Positions 12,301 through 24,310 of a stretch of DNA of 64,000 nucleotides are shown here, piece by piece. This DNA is from Azolla caroliniana (Eukaryota; Plantae; Polypodiophyta). The position numbers and the translations under genes were made by a program. The stretch lies in NCBI GenBank assembly GCA_043228905.1, contig JBHGNT010000009.1, positions 2,294,001 to 2,358,000 on the forward strand, in the 5' to 3' direction. How positions within the stretch are numbered: the first letter of the stretch is position 1; each line of letters begins with the position of its first letter. Below the pieces are notes generated by a model. It worked only from the letters and a program-made list of their open reading frames with translations. It was not told the origin of the DNA and ran no database searches.

Positions 12301-12860
12301 TCATGCCGTCAGAGCTCATGTTCGGACAGAAGCAGATCATGCCGATGGAACTGACGATCTCCTGTTGGGCGACAGTGGACTGGAGAGACGAGATGAGCCG
12401 GGAAGAACTGCTAACGGCGCGTATACGACAGCTCGAGTGGAGGCCAGAGGACGTGGAACGAGCGGCGGAGAGACTTCGGACGGTGAGGATGAGGAACAAA
12501 GCCCGGTTCGACCGAACGCACCGGCTCCAACCAAAGAAAATCGAGGAAGGCGACTGGGTGCTAGTCTACGACAGTAGCCTCGACAACCAGCACCGAGCAA
12601 CACGGAAGTTCGCAAAGCGGTGGTTCGGGCCTTACGTGGTAACGAGCACCAACGACAACGGGATGTATCAGCTGGCGGAACTCTACGGTACGAGGATGGC
12701 GATACCGGTGGCGGGGAAGCGGATCAAAGCGTTCAAGAAGCGCCACGACGGCGAACCGGATCTAAGAGGCCTGGACAGCGACGACGAACAGTCCGAGACG
12801 GAGGACGAACCAATGGACGAAGAACCGGAACTTGGACCGGTTTTCTCCAACCAGAACCCA
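9340..12860 (+). pseudogene. pol (RT-RNaseH-integrase) of element A
   Basis: LPQG and PFLDD (RT); TVDTS/ELWG/TDC (RNase H); H-H-C-C zinc finger and core (DRGE, NPEANGKVER) of integrase; multiple stops and frameshifts. Confidence 0.9.
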
Positions 12861-13552
12861 ATTTTGGCGCATACCGGTGGATGCGCGGTTAGGTGGGGGC
12901 GGATGTTGTGAAGAAAATCGTCCCTTAGCGCAATCGGTGCATAGCGCGCGCGAACCGGCTCTTCACGCGTGCGCGCCCTTTAATGTATATAATAGAGAAT
13001 TAAGTACGAAGGCATATCCTAGGTAGTTAGATTCGGTAGGTAGGAAGTTAATGAGGGAAACGTCTCCCTTCTTGAAGCTATAAAAGAGAGGGAGACGCGG
13101 GGAGAGAGGGATCGCGCATTGAGGAGGACGAAGTGCTGTCGGACCGTAACCGAACACTTCTCCTCTATTTGTTCTCTATTGCTCTGGTCTGCAGGTTTTC
13201 GGGAGGCTCACGCTGCTTCGAGGAACGCACGTGTGCTTCCGGCAGCACCTCCATCCTATCCCCTTTCGTGCGCAGACGAGCAGGCATCAACATCTGTTCG
13301 CAGGCTTGTTCGGTTGTAACCGCTCGCGTGCTCTGTTGTCTTGTGTCATTTGTTAATATACAAACATTCGTGTCTCTCTATCTCTGTGTCCATTCGTGTC
13401 TTCTGCGTTGACGGGCCGTGTCCCTGTGTTTCTTTGCTCATACGTAACCGATCGTCTCTCTCTTTCTCTTTCCCCTCCTATCACCTGCTCTTCGGTTCAA
13501 GACCTCGGTGGTCCCGCCTCGTTTCTCCACGCGCGCGCGTAGTAACGCGACA

Positions 13553-14240
13553 ATGTCTTCTGTTCCACTTTCAGATGTGCCCTTTCAGGCTCGGCACACC
13601 ACTCCTTAACCGAGTGTCCCCAACAGCTTACCGGAAGATCACCCTTTTCGCGTGTTGGCCAGCATGGACTGCTTCGTTCTTGTAATGCCTCGGCTGGTCA
13701 GTGCCTCTGTTGTTGCCACCTTTGTCCCCTTGACGCCACCTTCCATCACCCTCGGTCTCACGTTGCCACGTCGACTGAACAACCAGGGTCTCTAGGCAGG
13801 TGTGAAGGATCCTTCTCGGGCCTCCGTTTTGTTGGGTCATCGACTCATGTACCAAGCGCGTCCAATCTTTGTCTTGCCGACCCTGCCGGTTGGGCCCGTA
13901 TCCGGTTGGTGACCGTCTCGCCGGCCTCATACCTCCTTTCGCTCTGCTTTCCGTCATCCGATCGCATTCACCTGCCGCCACCGATCTTTCCTATAGGACT
14001 CACGCCGGCTCTCGAGCCGACCGCCGGATTGGTGTGAGGATCTCCGTGAGACCTCCCCTCTTGCTATCTTGGTTGCTCGCCTTGCCGCCGCCACTGTTCC
14101 TTACTCTAGGTCTCACGCCGACTCTCGGGCCAACTGCCGGAGTGTCTAGAAATGGTGTGTGTAAGGTCGCGGCTGCACCGCTTGTCATAGCCCCTACCTC
14201 CGTGTCGGCCTCTTCTGCTGGTCACGTTCACCTGTCGCTA
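13553..14240 (-). mobile_element. Fragment of a non-autonomous Phygy-derived element; host of element A (left part ~6310-6530)
   Basis: 13858-14240 is near-identical to 39423-39810; shares the repeat modules. Confidence 0.75.
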
Positions 14241-14705
14241 CCAAGAAGCAGAAAATTGTAGATCTATGGATGTTGCTAGCACCCATTATCGTACCGCAAG
14301 ATGTACCAGGGTATTTTTAGCAAACAAATGGCCTCCAGCAGAATCTATTAAGCTAATATGGCACATGCTAATAACTACATTGAGGGCCCAATATGAGCGG
14401 ATTGATGGAACAGATGATGCTTCAGATTTAATGAGGCTGAAATTCAGAAAACGATGGTGTACTACACCGATGGCTACAGAAATTGGAGTGGAGATACGAT
14501 GGCAGTACGTAGTACCGAGATGGTTGTTCCCCCCTCCCATTAGATGATAGAGGGTCATGAATGACACGACAAACATGGGCTATTTAGTGTAAGATAAATA
14601 AGTGATGTAGTCCATATGGAAGTAGGTAATGTCTAAAGTTGTGTATTGTATGTCATTTTAACTAATGGAGTATATTCTTCTTTTGGTAAAAAATAAAATA
14701 AAATT
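14241..14705 (+). mobile_element. Possible 3' remnant of a LINE (ORF2 C-terminus plus A-rich tail)
   Basis: Trp/Pro-rich C-terminus KFRKRW...IRWQYVVPRWLFPPP followed by a short UTR and an A-rich run at ~14688; resemblance only. Confidence 0.35.
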
Positions 14706-15930
14706 ATATAATCACGAGATTTTATGATAAGGGTTTTATTCTACACATTTTGTAAATCGACCAGGCCAATTAATTAAATTGAAACTCAAAACAGAATCTC
14801 TTAGTAATTGAAGCAGTTTAATATATCTATACATCTAACCTTAAAACCAATACTCAATTTTTTCAAATCCAATTACAAACAACATTGAACAAAAAATTAT
14901 ATAATCACGAGATTTTATTCTACACATTTTGTAAATTGACCAGGTCAATTAATTAAGTTGAAACTCAAAACAGAATCACTTAGTAACTGAAACAGTTTAA
15001 TATATCTATACATCTAACCTTAAAACCAATACTCAAATTTTTCAAATCCAATTACAAACAACATTGAACAAAAAATTATATAATCACGAGATTTTATGAT
15101 AAGGGTTTTATTCTACACATTTTATAAATTGACCAGGTCAATTAATTAAGTTGAAACTCAAAACAGAATCTCTTAGTAATTGAAGCAGTTTAATATATCT
15201 ATACATCTAATCTTAAAACCAATACTCAATTTTTTCAAATCCAATTACAAACAACATTGAACAAAAAATTATATAATCACGAGATTTTATTCTACACATT
15301 TTGTAAATTGACCAGGTCAATTAATTAAGTTGAAACTCAAAACAAAATCTCTTAGTAACTGAAGCAGTTTAATATATCTGTACATCTAACCTTAAAACCA
15401 ATACTCAAATTTTTCAAATCCAATTACAAACAACATTGAACAAAAAATTATATAATTACGAGATTTTATGATAAGGGTTTTATTCTACACATTTTATAAA
15501 TTGACCAGGTCAATTAATTAAGTTGAAACTCAAAACAGAATCTCTTATTAATTGAAGCAGTTTAATATATCTATACATCTAATCTTAAAACCAATACTCA
15601 ATTTTTTCAAATCCAATTACAAACAACATTGAACAAAAAATTATATAATCACGAGATTTTAATCTACACATTTTGTAAATTGACCAGGTCAATTAATTAA
15701 GTTGAAACTCAAAACAGAATCTCTTAGTAAGTGAAGCAGTTTAATATATCTATACATCTAACCTTAAAACCAATACTCAAATTTTTCAAATCCAATTACA
15801 AACAACATTGAACAAAAAATTATATAATCACGAGATTTTATGATAAAGGTTTTATTCTACACATTTCGTAAATCAACTAGGCCAATTAATTAAGTTGAAA
15901 CTCAAAACAAAATCTCTTAGTAACTGAAGC
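14698..15930. repeat. AT-rich satellite with alternating 193/179-bp monomers (372-bp higher-order repeat)
   Basis: ttatataat unit starts at 14704, 14897, 15076, 15269, 15448, 15641, 15820. Confidence 0.95.
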
Positions 15931-16416
15931 ATACATCACAAGCATATGCCACAATTCCTTAATAGTCGTCGCAAGCTAATAATTCAACCATTATTTTTAC
16001 AGGCATGACCATAAAGTATTTTATGGTAAGTTATACCGTAGTATTTTACACATGAGGATAACTTGTGAGGGTTAAACCTCCTCACTTGCCAACCAACCAC
16101 AACCTCGAAGATTAAAAAGAGGGCAACCTCTCCCTCATACAAATGAGAAGGCAACCCCCAATTTGAGACCACCCAATTTGAGACAAACCTCCTCACTTGC
16201 CAACCAACCTCCTCATACAATTTGAGACCACTACCATCACTAATTTTTAGATAATATATTGGATGTATTGATCCATAAAAAGCACCACTAAAGATAGCTA
16301 TGGATCAAAATTTCTATACATAATGCAGACACCCCCTAGTTGATCATACTCTAGTAGCAGCTTTATTAACTATGAGGCACTTCTTTCAATGATCTTCTCT
16401 CTAGTCCTTGGTAGCC

Positions 16417-17697
16417 ATGGACCTGATGATGCCTTGCAATGCTCGACTCCAATTTCGTTACCATCACGCGATGATTGCTGCGGCCATCCTATTTCTAGCT
16501 TCTTTAATGGTGCTCTATTCAGGGTCTAGTGGAGGCCTTCGGTCCGTGTTGCATGACATGGTGTCGGTGATTCGGGACAGCTACTGCGTCCGGGAATGGG
16601 CGCCGCACCAGCATTTCTGGCATGACATGGATGCCCACCCTCTCCCAGCCTGCACCATGGAGACCTGTTTCAACCGCTCGCGTTGCGATGCTTCCGACAT
16701 TAAGCATCTCAAAATCTACGTCTATAAGCACGAGGAATGCCACTACCGACATGCCGAGCATACGGAGCTTCCCTACTATTTCCGTGCTTTATCGGAGTCT
16801 CCCTGGGTGACCGATGATCCGGAGTCCGCATGCCTTCTCCTGGTTCTGCTCCCGCCCAAGCCATCGGGAGAACCGCATTGCCCGTTCCGCTCTTTGCCGC
16901 ATTGGAACGGGGGCGTAAATCACGTGATTGCATCGTTGTCCGACACGCTGCCATCGGATATCATCGCAAATCCTGCCTCCATTGGAATGGCCTCTATGGC
17001 TGCATCGTGTCTTCAGCTGACTTCGTTCCGCCCCGGATTTGATGTCAGCATCCCTTTGCCGGGACTGTCTCACTTCCGGCATCTCGCACCGCTTCCACCA
17101 CGGGCGCGCAAATACTTCCTTACATTCAAAGGCAAACGCTATATTGGAAACAAGGAAGGCAATTTCCGCAGCGATCCATCGTTCCGCTCCTTAAACAACC
17201 TTCGGGATGTGATAGTTGTGACCTCGTGCAACCATACGACAAACAACAGGATTCGCGCCCGATGTCCGCACCTCAACACCGGGTGCGACGATGATGAGGC
17301 CATGTTCACGAAGTACAGGTATGAGGAGCTAATGAATTCCACATTCGGCCTAGCGCCAGCGGGGAGGTCGTCATCGTCATATAGGATCATTGAGGTGATG
17401 AGCGCCGGGGCGATCCCAGTTATCGTGTCCGACAATTACGTGGAGCCATTGGAAAGTGGCAAGTTGATGATCGAGTGGGGTCGGTGCGCATTGAGGTTCG
17501 AGACGATCGACATTGTTAGCATATTGCCGGCACTCCGCGCCATGTCCGAGGAAGAATTGAGAAGCAGGCAAGCCTATTGTGTGAGAGTGTATGAGGAGTA
17601 TTTGAAGGATGACAATGCTCTCCTTGGGTCCGTCGTTAGGTTCCTCTTCCTACGCCTTAACTTTACTAACAATAACACCACCTCTAAATCTAGCTGA
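16417..17697 (+). CDS. Exostosin-family (GT47) type II membrane glycosyltransferase, intronless
   Basis: gccATGg start; N-terminal TM (AMIAAAILFLASLMVLY); LKIYVY, WNGGVNHVI, FRPGFDVSIP, RKYFLTFKGKRY, STFGLAPAG, AGAIPVIVSD motifs; intact 426-aa frame. Confidence 0.9.
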   Translation: MDLMMPCNARLQFRYHHAMIAAAILFLASLMVLYSGSSGGLRSVLHDMVSVIRDSYCVREWAPHQHFWHDMDAHPLPACTMETCFNRSRCDASDIKHLKIYVYKHEECHYRHAEHTELPYYFRALSESPWVTDDPESACLLLVLLPPKPSGEPHCPFRSLPHWNGGVNHVIASLSDTLPSDIIANPASIGMASMAASCLQLTSFRPGFDVSIPLPGLSHFRHLAPLPPRARKYFLTFKGKRYIGNKEGNFRSDPSFRSLNNLRDVIVVTSCNHTTNNRIRARCPHLNTGCDDDEAMFTKYRYEELMNSTFGLAPAGRSSSSYRIIEVMSAGAIPVIVSDNYVEPLESGKLMIEWGRCALRFETIDIVSILPALRAMSEEELRSRQAYCVRVYEEYLKDDNALLGSVVRFLFLRLNFTNNNTTSKSS

Positions 17698-19659
17698 AGG
17701 ACTCTACTCATGACATTCTTATATTTGTCCTCACACCCCTTGGTCTAGTCTTGTCCATCACAATCTATGGCATGTACCTACTTAGTCTCGTTGCTTGGGC
17801 TTACTTCTTAGGCCTAGTTATATAGCATGACTCATGAGTACCTCGTAACTTCACACAATGAGCAAGTAGGATAGTTGGCTTGACATTTTAAACTCGACTT
17901 GATCATATGTGTATGTTGTTGACACATGTTGTGAATGCTGTGTGGCCAATATTGCTTTTGGGATCATACGGTGGGGATCAAGATAAGCCAAACATGTGGA
18001 AGCCAATCTAAGAGATTTGAAGACATTAAAGTGAGACACGTCAAATAACATGTTTATCACACTTTACAGCTCTAAAGGTAAAATAATTGTTTATCTTTTT
18101 CTTTATGTCTCCTACAAAATAAATGCTTGTCTTTTCGTGATGTCTCTTAAGACCACATCACAGCACAAATATTGTTGGTCTGAAAAAATTGTTGTTAGTG
18201 GTAGACTGTAGTTAGAGTACATAGTGGAAATCGTCACTTTGAGGGTCTTCTTTTGACCCCATTATTGTATGGTTTCACATAATTCAAACATAAAGAATAG
18301 AAACCCAATGTTGTTAAAACAATACTACATGACATGTTAACATGCACATAATTATCAATTGCACAAGTACGTTGAAGATGTCAAATCACTCATAAATGGA
18401 GAGTAAACCTAAAATTCAAAAGCATGGATAATTCCTTGAAAAGTAACACTCAAAAGGGTCACCTAAGTAGTTTAAGTGTTTGTCAAGCTTGCATGAGTAT
18501 ATATTGAATCATGAGAAACTTTCTCATTGTTCTAATGTGATTTTCCAATGATTCCTTCATGCTACATAGTTGTGAAGGATCATATGGATATGTAAGTGGT
18601 GTGGGCATTGAGTGGGTGCTCACCACTCTCTAGCATATCTAACAAGGGACAGTAATCTGGTTGAACGAACTGAATCAAACCTGGCTCTCTCAAAACTTCA
18701 CCAATACAAGAATCAAGATTACCACAACAAATAGCTTAAAGCAATATATTTTCTTAGTTTAAACATAAAAAAGGAAAAGAACCTTGTATTTCCTCAAGTA
18801 GGATAAAAAAGAGAGAGGCTGAAGAATGATTAAGAATGGTGTCACGATGTATCCTCAAGTAGGATAAAAAATGAAAAAGAAGAAGAATTAAAAAGCCTAT
18901 AATTTTGCGTTTGGCGCAAAGCATAGGAATGGAAATAAAACCTTAAATCCTTTACATTGCTTATTAGCTATGCAAAAATTCCTATGTAGTTTAGCTGTTT
19001 GGCCTCTATGATCTTAAATATTTATGATCTCAAATAGGGTTATAAAATAAACATTTAGAACAAATAATAAGGTTGCATTAAAAGAATAAAAAGAAATCCA
19101 GGTAGATTCAATGTTTCATTATGCATGCTCAATTATTGAGCTAATGTTCATGATATCCCCACACACTTCTTGTTCTTGTCTAGTCCTTCCTTGCTCCCCC
19201 TTCCTTGGTCCTCCTTCCTCGATTGTCCATGTCAATTGTATATTTCACATCTCATGGATCTTGTCCTTCCATTCACTTCGATAATGCTCTTGTCATTGCA
19301 CTTTCCTTTTTTATTGTTACTTCCTCATTCGTACTACCATTGCTTAAATAAATATAGAGAAGTTTTAAGGGGTAAGTTACATGAATCGATCAACTTGCCA
19401 AAACGGGCCAAGGTACAAAAAAAGCAAATCGACCCAACCAAGGCCCCAACTACTCAATCAATTGATCTCGAAAAAGGGGAGGATGATTTGACATCACCGA
19501 AATCCTATTTAAGGGGCAAGTCATCCCAAAGGACTCATGAAAACAAAGATTCAAATAATGTCGATCGACCGAATGAGCTGAACTAAGGATTCGAACTGCC
19601 CAAGTGGCACCCAAGAGATTCAGACGAGTTCAAAGACCGATAGAGTTTATCAACTGGGC

Positions 19660-19990
19660 CTCGACTACGTCAATTACATGGACGCATGTGAACCAAGCTT
19701 TTAGGAGGAAGCTATAGCCATGTTGGATGACAACACTTGCCTACAAGCCATGAAATCCAAGATGGATTCCATTCATCAGAGTCAAACATGGGAGATGGTT
19801 GAATTACCAGCTGGAAGGAAGTTGATGCCTTGCAAATGGGTCTTTCGATACAAATATGTATCTGATTTAGAGAAGCCCAAATACAAAGCTCGACTTGTCG
19901 CAAAAGGGATTCAAACAAGAACGGGTAGACTACGATAAGATATTCTCACTAGTAGTCAAGATGACCACCCTTTGACTCCTACTTGGGGTC
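19660..19990 (+). pseudogene. Ty1/copia RT N-terminal fragment
   Basis: TWEMVELPAGRKLMPCKWVFRYK...[10 protein letters not shown]; stops and a frameshift. Confidence 0.85.
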
Positions 19991-20626
19991 ATGTTAGTAG
20001 GAAAAGCATTTATAATACAATGAGTTGTGTAAAGTTTACTAGACAAAGAAATAGTCTATTAATGTTGACTTCAAGATATAAGTCAATGACACCATCTACA
20101 ACTAAGATCTACAAGAAAATTGTTACCATCTTTTGGACTAATGAGAGTATGGTATCAACGAATAAGATAGATTTGTGCAAGAAATGATTTAGAGTCCATA
20201 TAAGGAGCATCTTGTTCACCTTCTTGATGTATCTCATCTATTTACAATCTACGCCAATATTAATATTTAAATTATCACTTAGTTATTCTTCTTTGAGCTT
20301 GTTTGTTATAATAATTAGTGAATTTAACTATTAATGGTTTTTCATTTTAGTGATTTGTCACCTTTGACTTATGCAATATTGATCTAAATTAGCCATGCAC
20401 TAAATAAGTAGTTCTTAAACTTGTAGATAATCTAACAATACTCGCTATTATTTAAGTTTATGTGCTTGAGTTAATTGTGAAATAGCTAAATTATTTGGTA
20501 AGTGTCAAAATTCTAGTTATCGTGTATGTAACAATCACTACTTTAAAGTTAATTAACTACTAGGCTTCTCTATCACTTAGATAGTACTTGGATAACATGT
20601 ACTAACTAATTATCTAAGCCAACTTT

Positions 20627-21659
20627 TGTCACGGACCAGTATAATAGAGTAGAACAAGACGAGAATATGAACTAGGAGAGAGAAAAAGAACAAGAACGTG
20701 ACTTATCATTCTGTAACTGGTGTTGTTCACCTTGATTAGAATCAAGGTGCACCTGAGTATTTGTACAAGAAGGTAAAGGTATGTATGCTAGCTACGAACA
20801 GAGAATGCATGAGGATGCATGCAAGCTAGGAATAGAGAATGCATGCAAGCAAGCTAGGAAAAGAGAATGCATGGAAGCAAGCTAGGAAAAGAGAAAGCAT
20901 GAGCATGCATGCAAGCTAGGAACTTCCAACGTTCAATCTACCATACATGAAGTTGAATTTTATACAAGGATGCATAGATAGATGTAGCTAAGTTGGTAGG
21001 GTTGCCCAATGGAGACCAAGAGGTCTTGGGTTCAATCTTTACCTTCCACCGTGGTGTGGCATATGTTTATGGCCTTATTCTCCCTGGCCTAAAGCCACCT
21101 CCGAAGATCTGCGACAGACTTCAGTGGGTACCGTTCATGAAAATTGTGAATGGCTTCAGGAGATACATTTTGTAAATTTTCAACTGGTTCCCACGTGGCA
21201 TCCGAAATGGGGTAACCTTTCCATAAGACCAAATATTGAAGTCGTCGTCGTCGTCGCAAGCTGGAGTCAAGGATATGGTCAACCTCGTACTCCTCCCTTG
21301 TTGATAATTGCACGTTTGGTGGTGGAGGAGGTTGTCATCCTAGAATTCGAGAAGGATGGTATAGTTCAAGGAGAGAGACGTGGATAAAATTGTGGATCCC
21401 GAAAGTTGGGGAAAGCGCTAACCGGAATGCGACTGGGTTGATTCGCTCAATGATACGGAAGTGACCTAGGTTTTTGTAGTCTAGCTTCACGCAAGGATGA
21501 GTCATGGTGATGTGGCAGCGTAGCAACCAAACCATGTCACATACTGCAAAGGTTGGTGTAGGCAAGCGATGACGGTTAGCATGATCCTTATATTATTTGT
21601 TAGAGACACGGAGCTCAAGGGAGAGGTCATGATGGACATCTTGTAAAGTGCGGGCATGC
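20627..21659 (-). mobile_element. 3' end of a Tcn1-like chromovirus: 3' LTR (~20627-21074), PPT, integrase C-terminus with chromodomain
   Basis: EEYEVDHILDS...QYLVLWKGYPISDATWEP chromodomain (21089-21313); KLDYKNLGHF (GPY/F-like); 26-28-bp tandem repeats in the LTR. Confidence 0.85.
20978..21050 (+). promoter_or_regulatory. tRNA-like Pol III A/B-box cassette in LTR (second copy ~24513-24585)
   Basis: TAGCTAAGTTGG (20985) and GGTTCAATC(C/T) (21029); T8-to-G53 distance 45 nt. Confidence 0.7.
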
Positions 21660-24310
21660 TGTCGTGGAGAAAACCGCCCCTAGGAGGAATCAAGGGGAGG
21701 AGGCGTGACCCAATTCTTTTCGTGTGTGTGTGTGTGTGTTTATGAATTGTACATAGCTAGGAATAGATCGGTTGATGTACATTTGTACTAGGAAGGGTAT
21801 TAATTGTCTAGGAAATCGATGCGTATCTCTATGCGAAAGGATAGAGAATAAAGTTGATGTGTTTTGATGTAACGGTCTCCTCGGCGACCCATAAAAGGGA
21901 GGGGAGAAGAAGAAGATAGGTATCGTGTTTTGGCGAGGAGGAAGTGTTGTCGGACTGGGGACCGAGCTCTCTCCTCCTCAACCGTTGCTCTCCACTATGT
22001 TTCTGTGTCGGTTTCCTTTGCTGCGTATAAGGCCGTGTGCTTCTAGCAGAAGCTCCACCGTACGTTCCCTATGTTGTCCATGTGTGTGCGAGGAACCTCC
22101 GTTTTGGGTCTATTGCCAGTTTGCCGGTTGTAATCGTTGTTGACATTGTAATTGAATCTTCCGTTCCCATCTCTCACTCTCTCTCTCTCTCTGTGTTTTT
22201 GTGAATCCCTCTCCCTCTTCTTTCTCACGCCCCTTGGTTCAGGGCCCCCGTGGTCCCGCCTCATTTCACACATGAGAGCGTAACAACAAGACATTATTTG
22301 GTGAACCCGACGTGAAAGAAGGCGACAAAGGAGTTGAAGATGAGGGGATCTGAGCTTGCTGAAGGTATGGCAATAGCCGTTGACCGGCTAGTGAGCACTC
22401 GTGAGGGAACGGGTGCCCTTGATAGGGCCATAGAATCGATGGTCGACACCATAGGCTGATTCGGTGGGAAGAATGCCACGAGCTATTTGGAGGCCTATCG
22501 GGCCGAAATGATCATGAGGGATATCCCGGAGGATAGGCAACTGTCCAGATTCCCTCGAGTGCTGACGCCGAGCATCCACGCGGAGGTGCTCGAGATGTTG
22601 GTCGGATGCCAGGCTTGGGTGGAGCTTGAGGGGCGGCTCCTCGAGAAGTACAGGTATGACGATTCGCTTCGACTGTCGAAGCGGGACTTCATGGCTTGGG
22701 TTGAGAACCCTAGGAAGGGGAGGAACACGTCGGTGCTCCTCCAGGAATTCGAACAACGGTTCGCTCAGCTGTCGCCACTGGATCGGACCGTGCTTGACAC
22801 GACCAAGGTCTTCCTGTTTGTCAAGTAAGGGCTCGTGCTGGGTCTCCTATTGGAGACGGATGAAGGCCTCACGACCGACTAGGCCATGGTCAGAGGGGTC
22901 TGCGCCTGCTTTGACAAGCGGTGCGAGTGGAACGATGAGGGCTCGATGGCGTCGGGGGCCGGTCCCGGCGAGGAAGCTCGAGGAGCCGATATCGGTGCTG
23001 CCTGGGAAGGAAGAGACACAGAATCGGCTCGAGATGGCCCCTACCTTGAGTGGAGTTGTCCAAGGTTGTTCCGGAGGAACAATTCTAGAAGAGTTGATGC
23101 AAATGGTGTGCGACCTCTAGATCACACAAGCACGGAGGGACGGCGGCGTTCAACCTCGTGATTGGAGGCCACTGACGGGGCAGCGATGCATGTGGTGTGA
23201 CGTTGTCGTTCACATTTGGAGAGAATGGGCGGATTTCGCAGAGGCACTCCGGGCCAACGTGGTGTACCTTTGGAATGGGCGGGTACATGCCGACGACACA
23301 CGAAAAGCCCTAGAGTTGAACACCGGGCACGGCAGGATGAAGCGCTTGCTGGAAGAAGCCATGGTGCGAGATGGAGAGGCCCTCCACTACTCTGCGTCGG
23401 TGGGTATCTTGGTCGGGGGCGGCGAAGGTCGGAAGGCGAAAGACTCCGGATTCTGGTCGCTGGTGTTGGAAGGCCTCTCCAAGGTAAGGCTAAAGAAGGA
23501 GGAGGCAGACCGTTGTCGAGTTGTTACGCACGTGCGTGTAGATGGGGTGGGACCACGGGGGTCTCAGACTAGGGAGGAAGGGATGCTGAGAAACCCAACT
23601 TCGAACACGTCCTGGAGGCAACCGAACATGAGAGAGAGAGTGAGAGTGAGAGAGCTTGCACGCGCTACACCGACTCTTATGCACGGGAAACAAATGGGGG
23701 GTGGAAACACCTGACACTACCAGAGACGCGGATGTGCACAATCAAACATATATATATATTTCAATGGAAGAGATACAACCCCGGTTTCGAGCCGGACCAA
23801 GGTAGGTTACAACCGCAGTCTGTTGCGAAGCCGCCAATCAGGGAGCTCACGGCTTGTTGCGCCGAGCGGGGTCTTGCACAGGAGACCGAGCAGAAGCAAA
23901 TCCTAGACAAACATGAACTCTCAACCCTCGCGAGGATGAAGAAGAAGAAGAAGGAGAAGAAAGAAAATACCTAACCCTAAGTCTAACGGTATACCCTCCT
24001 AACTCAAAATGGGCAACCCCTTCAAAAAGGGCGCTCTCTTTCCTTTATAGAACAAGGAGAGGGTTGTGTAACAATGTGGGATAAATCCCTTATTACATGG
24101 GATCCTCTGTCCCGAATTAACTACTGTCTGGCGGCATGATGGCGCCCCTATCCTTTACTTGATTTGTACAAGGGTGAGTGCACATGCTCCACCCCGTCGA
24201 TTCTTCCGATATTCTCTGATTTCTCACTTTAAACCGCACGTCCACTGGTTTGTGCCAAATCTGGAGAAAGGCGAAAGATTCGGGCCGGTGAGAAATCTTC
24301 ACGACATCCG

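Larger units (their letters stand above)
6531..13552 (+). mobile_element. Full-length Ty3/gypsy non-chromovirus (Phygy-like) LTR retrotransposon, mutated (element A)
   Basis: 649-bp LTRs 6531-7179 and 12904-13552; PBS-Trp; gag-PR-RT-RH-IN order; PPT 12891-12903; TSD ACGT/ATGT. Confidence 0.95.

Noticed and set aside
16074-16230. Short direct repeats upstream of the GT47 gene as cis-elements
   Set aside because: Real repeats (aaacctcctcacttgccaaccaacc x2, caatttgagac x3), but nothing supports a function
20978-21050. Functional tRNA genes at the tRNA-like cassettes
   Set aside because: Acceptor and anticodon stems do not pair properly and all copies sit inside LTRs; kept only as promoter-like cassettes
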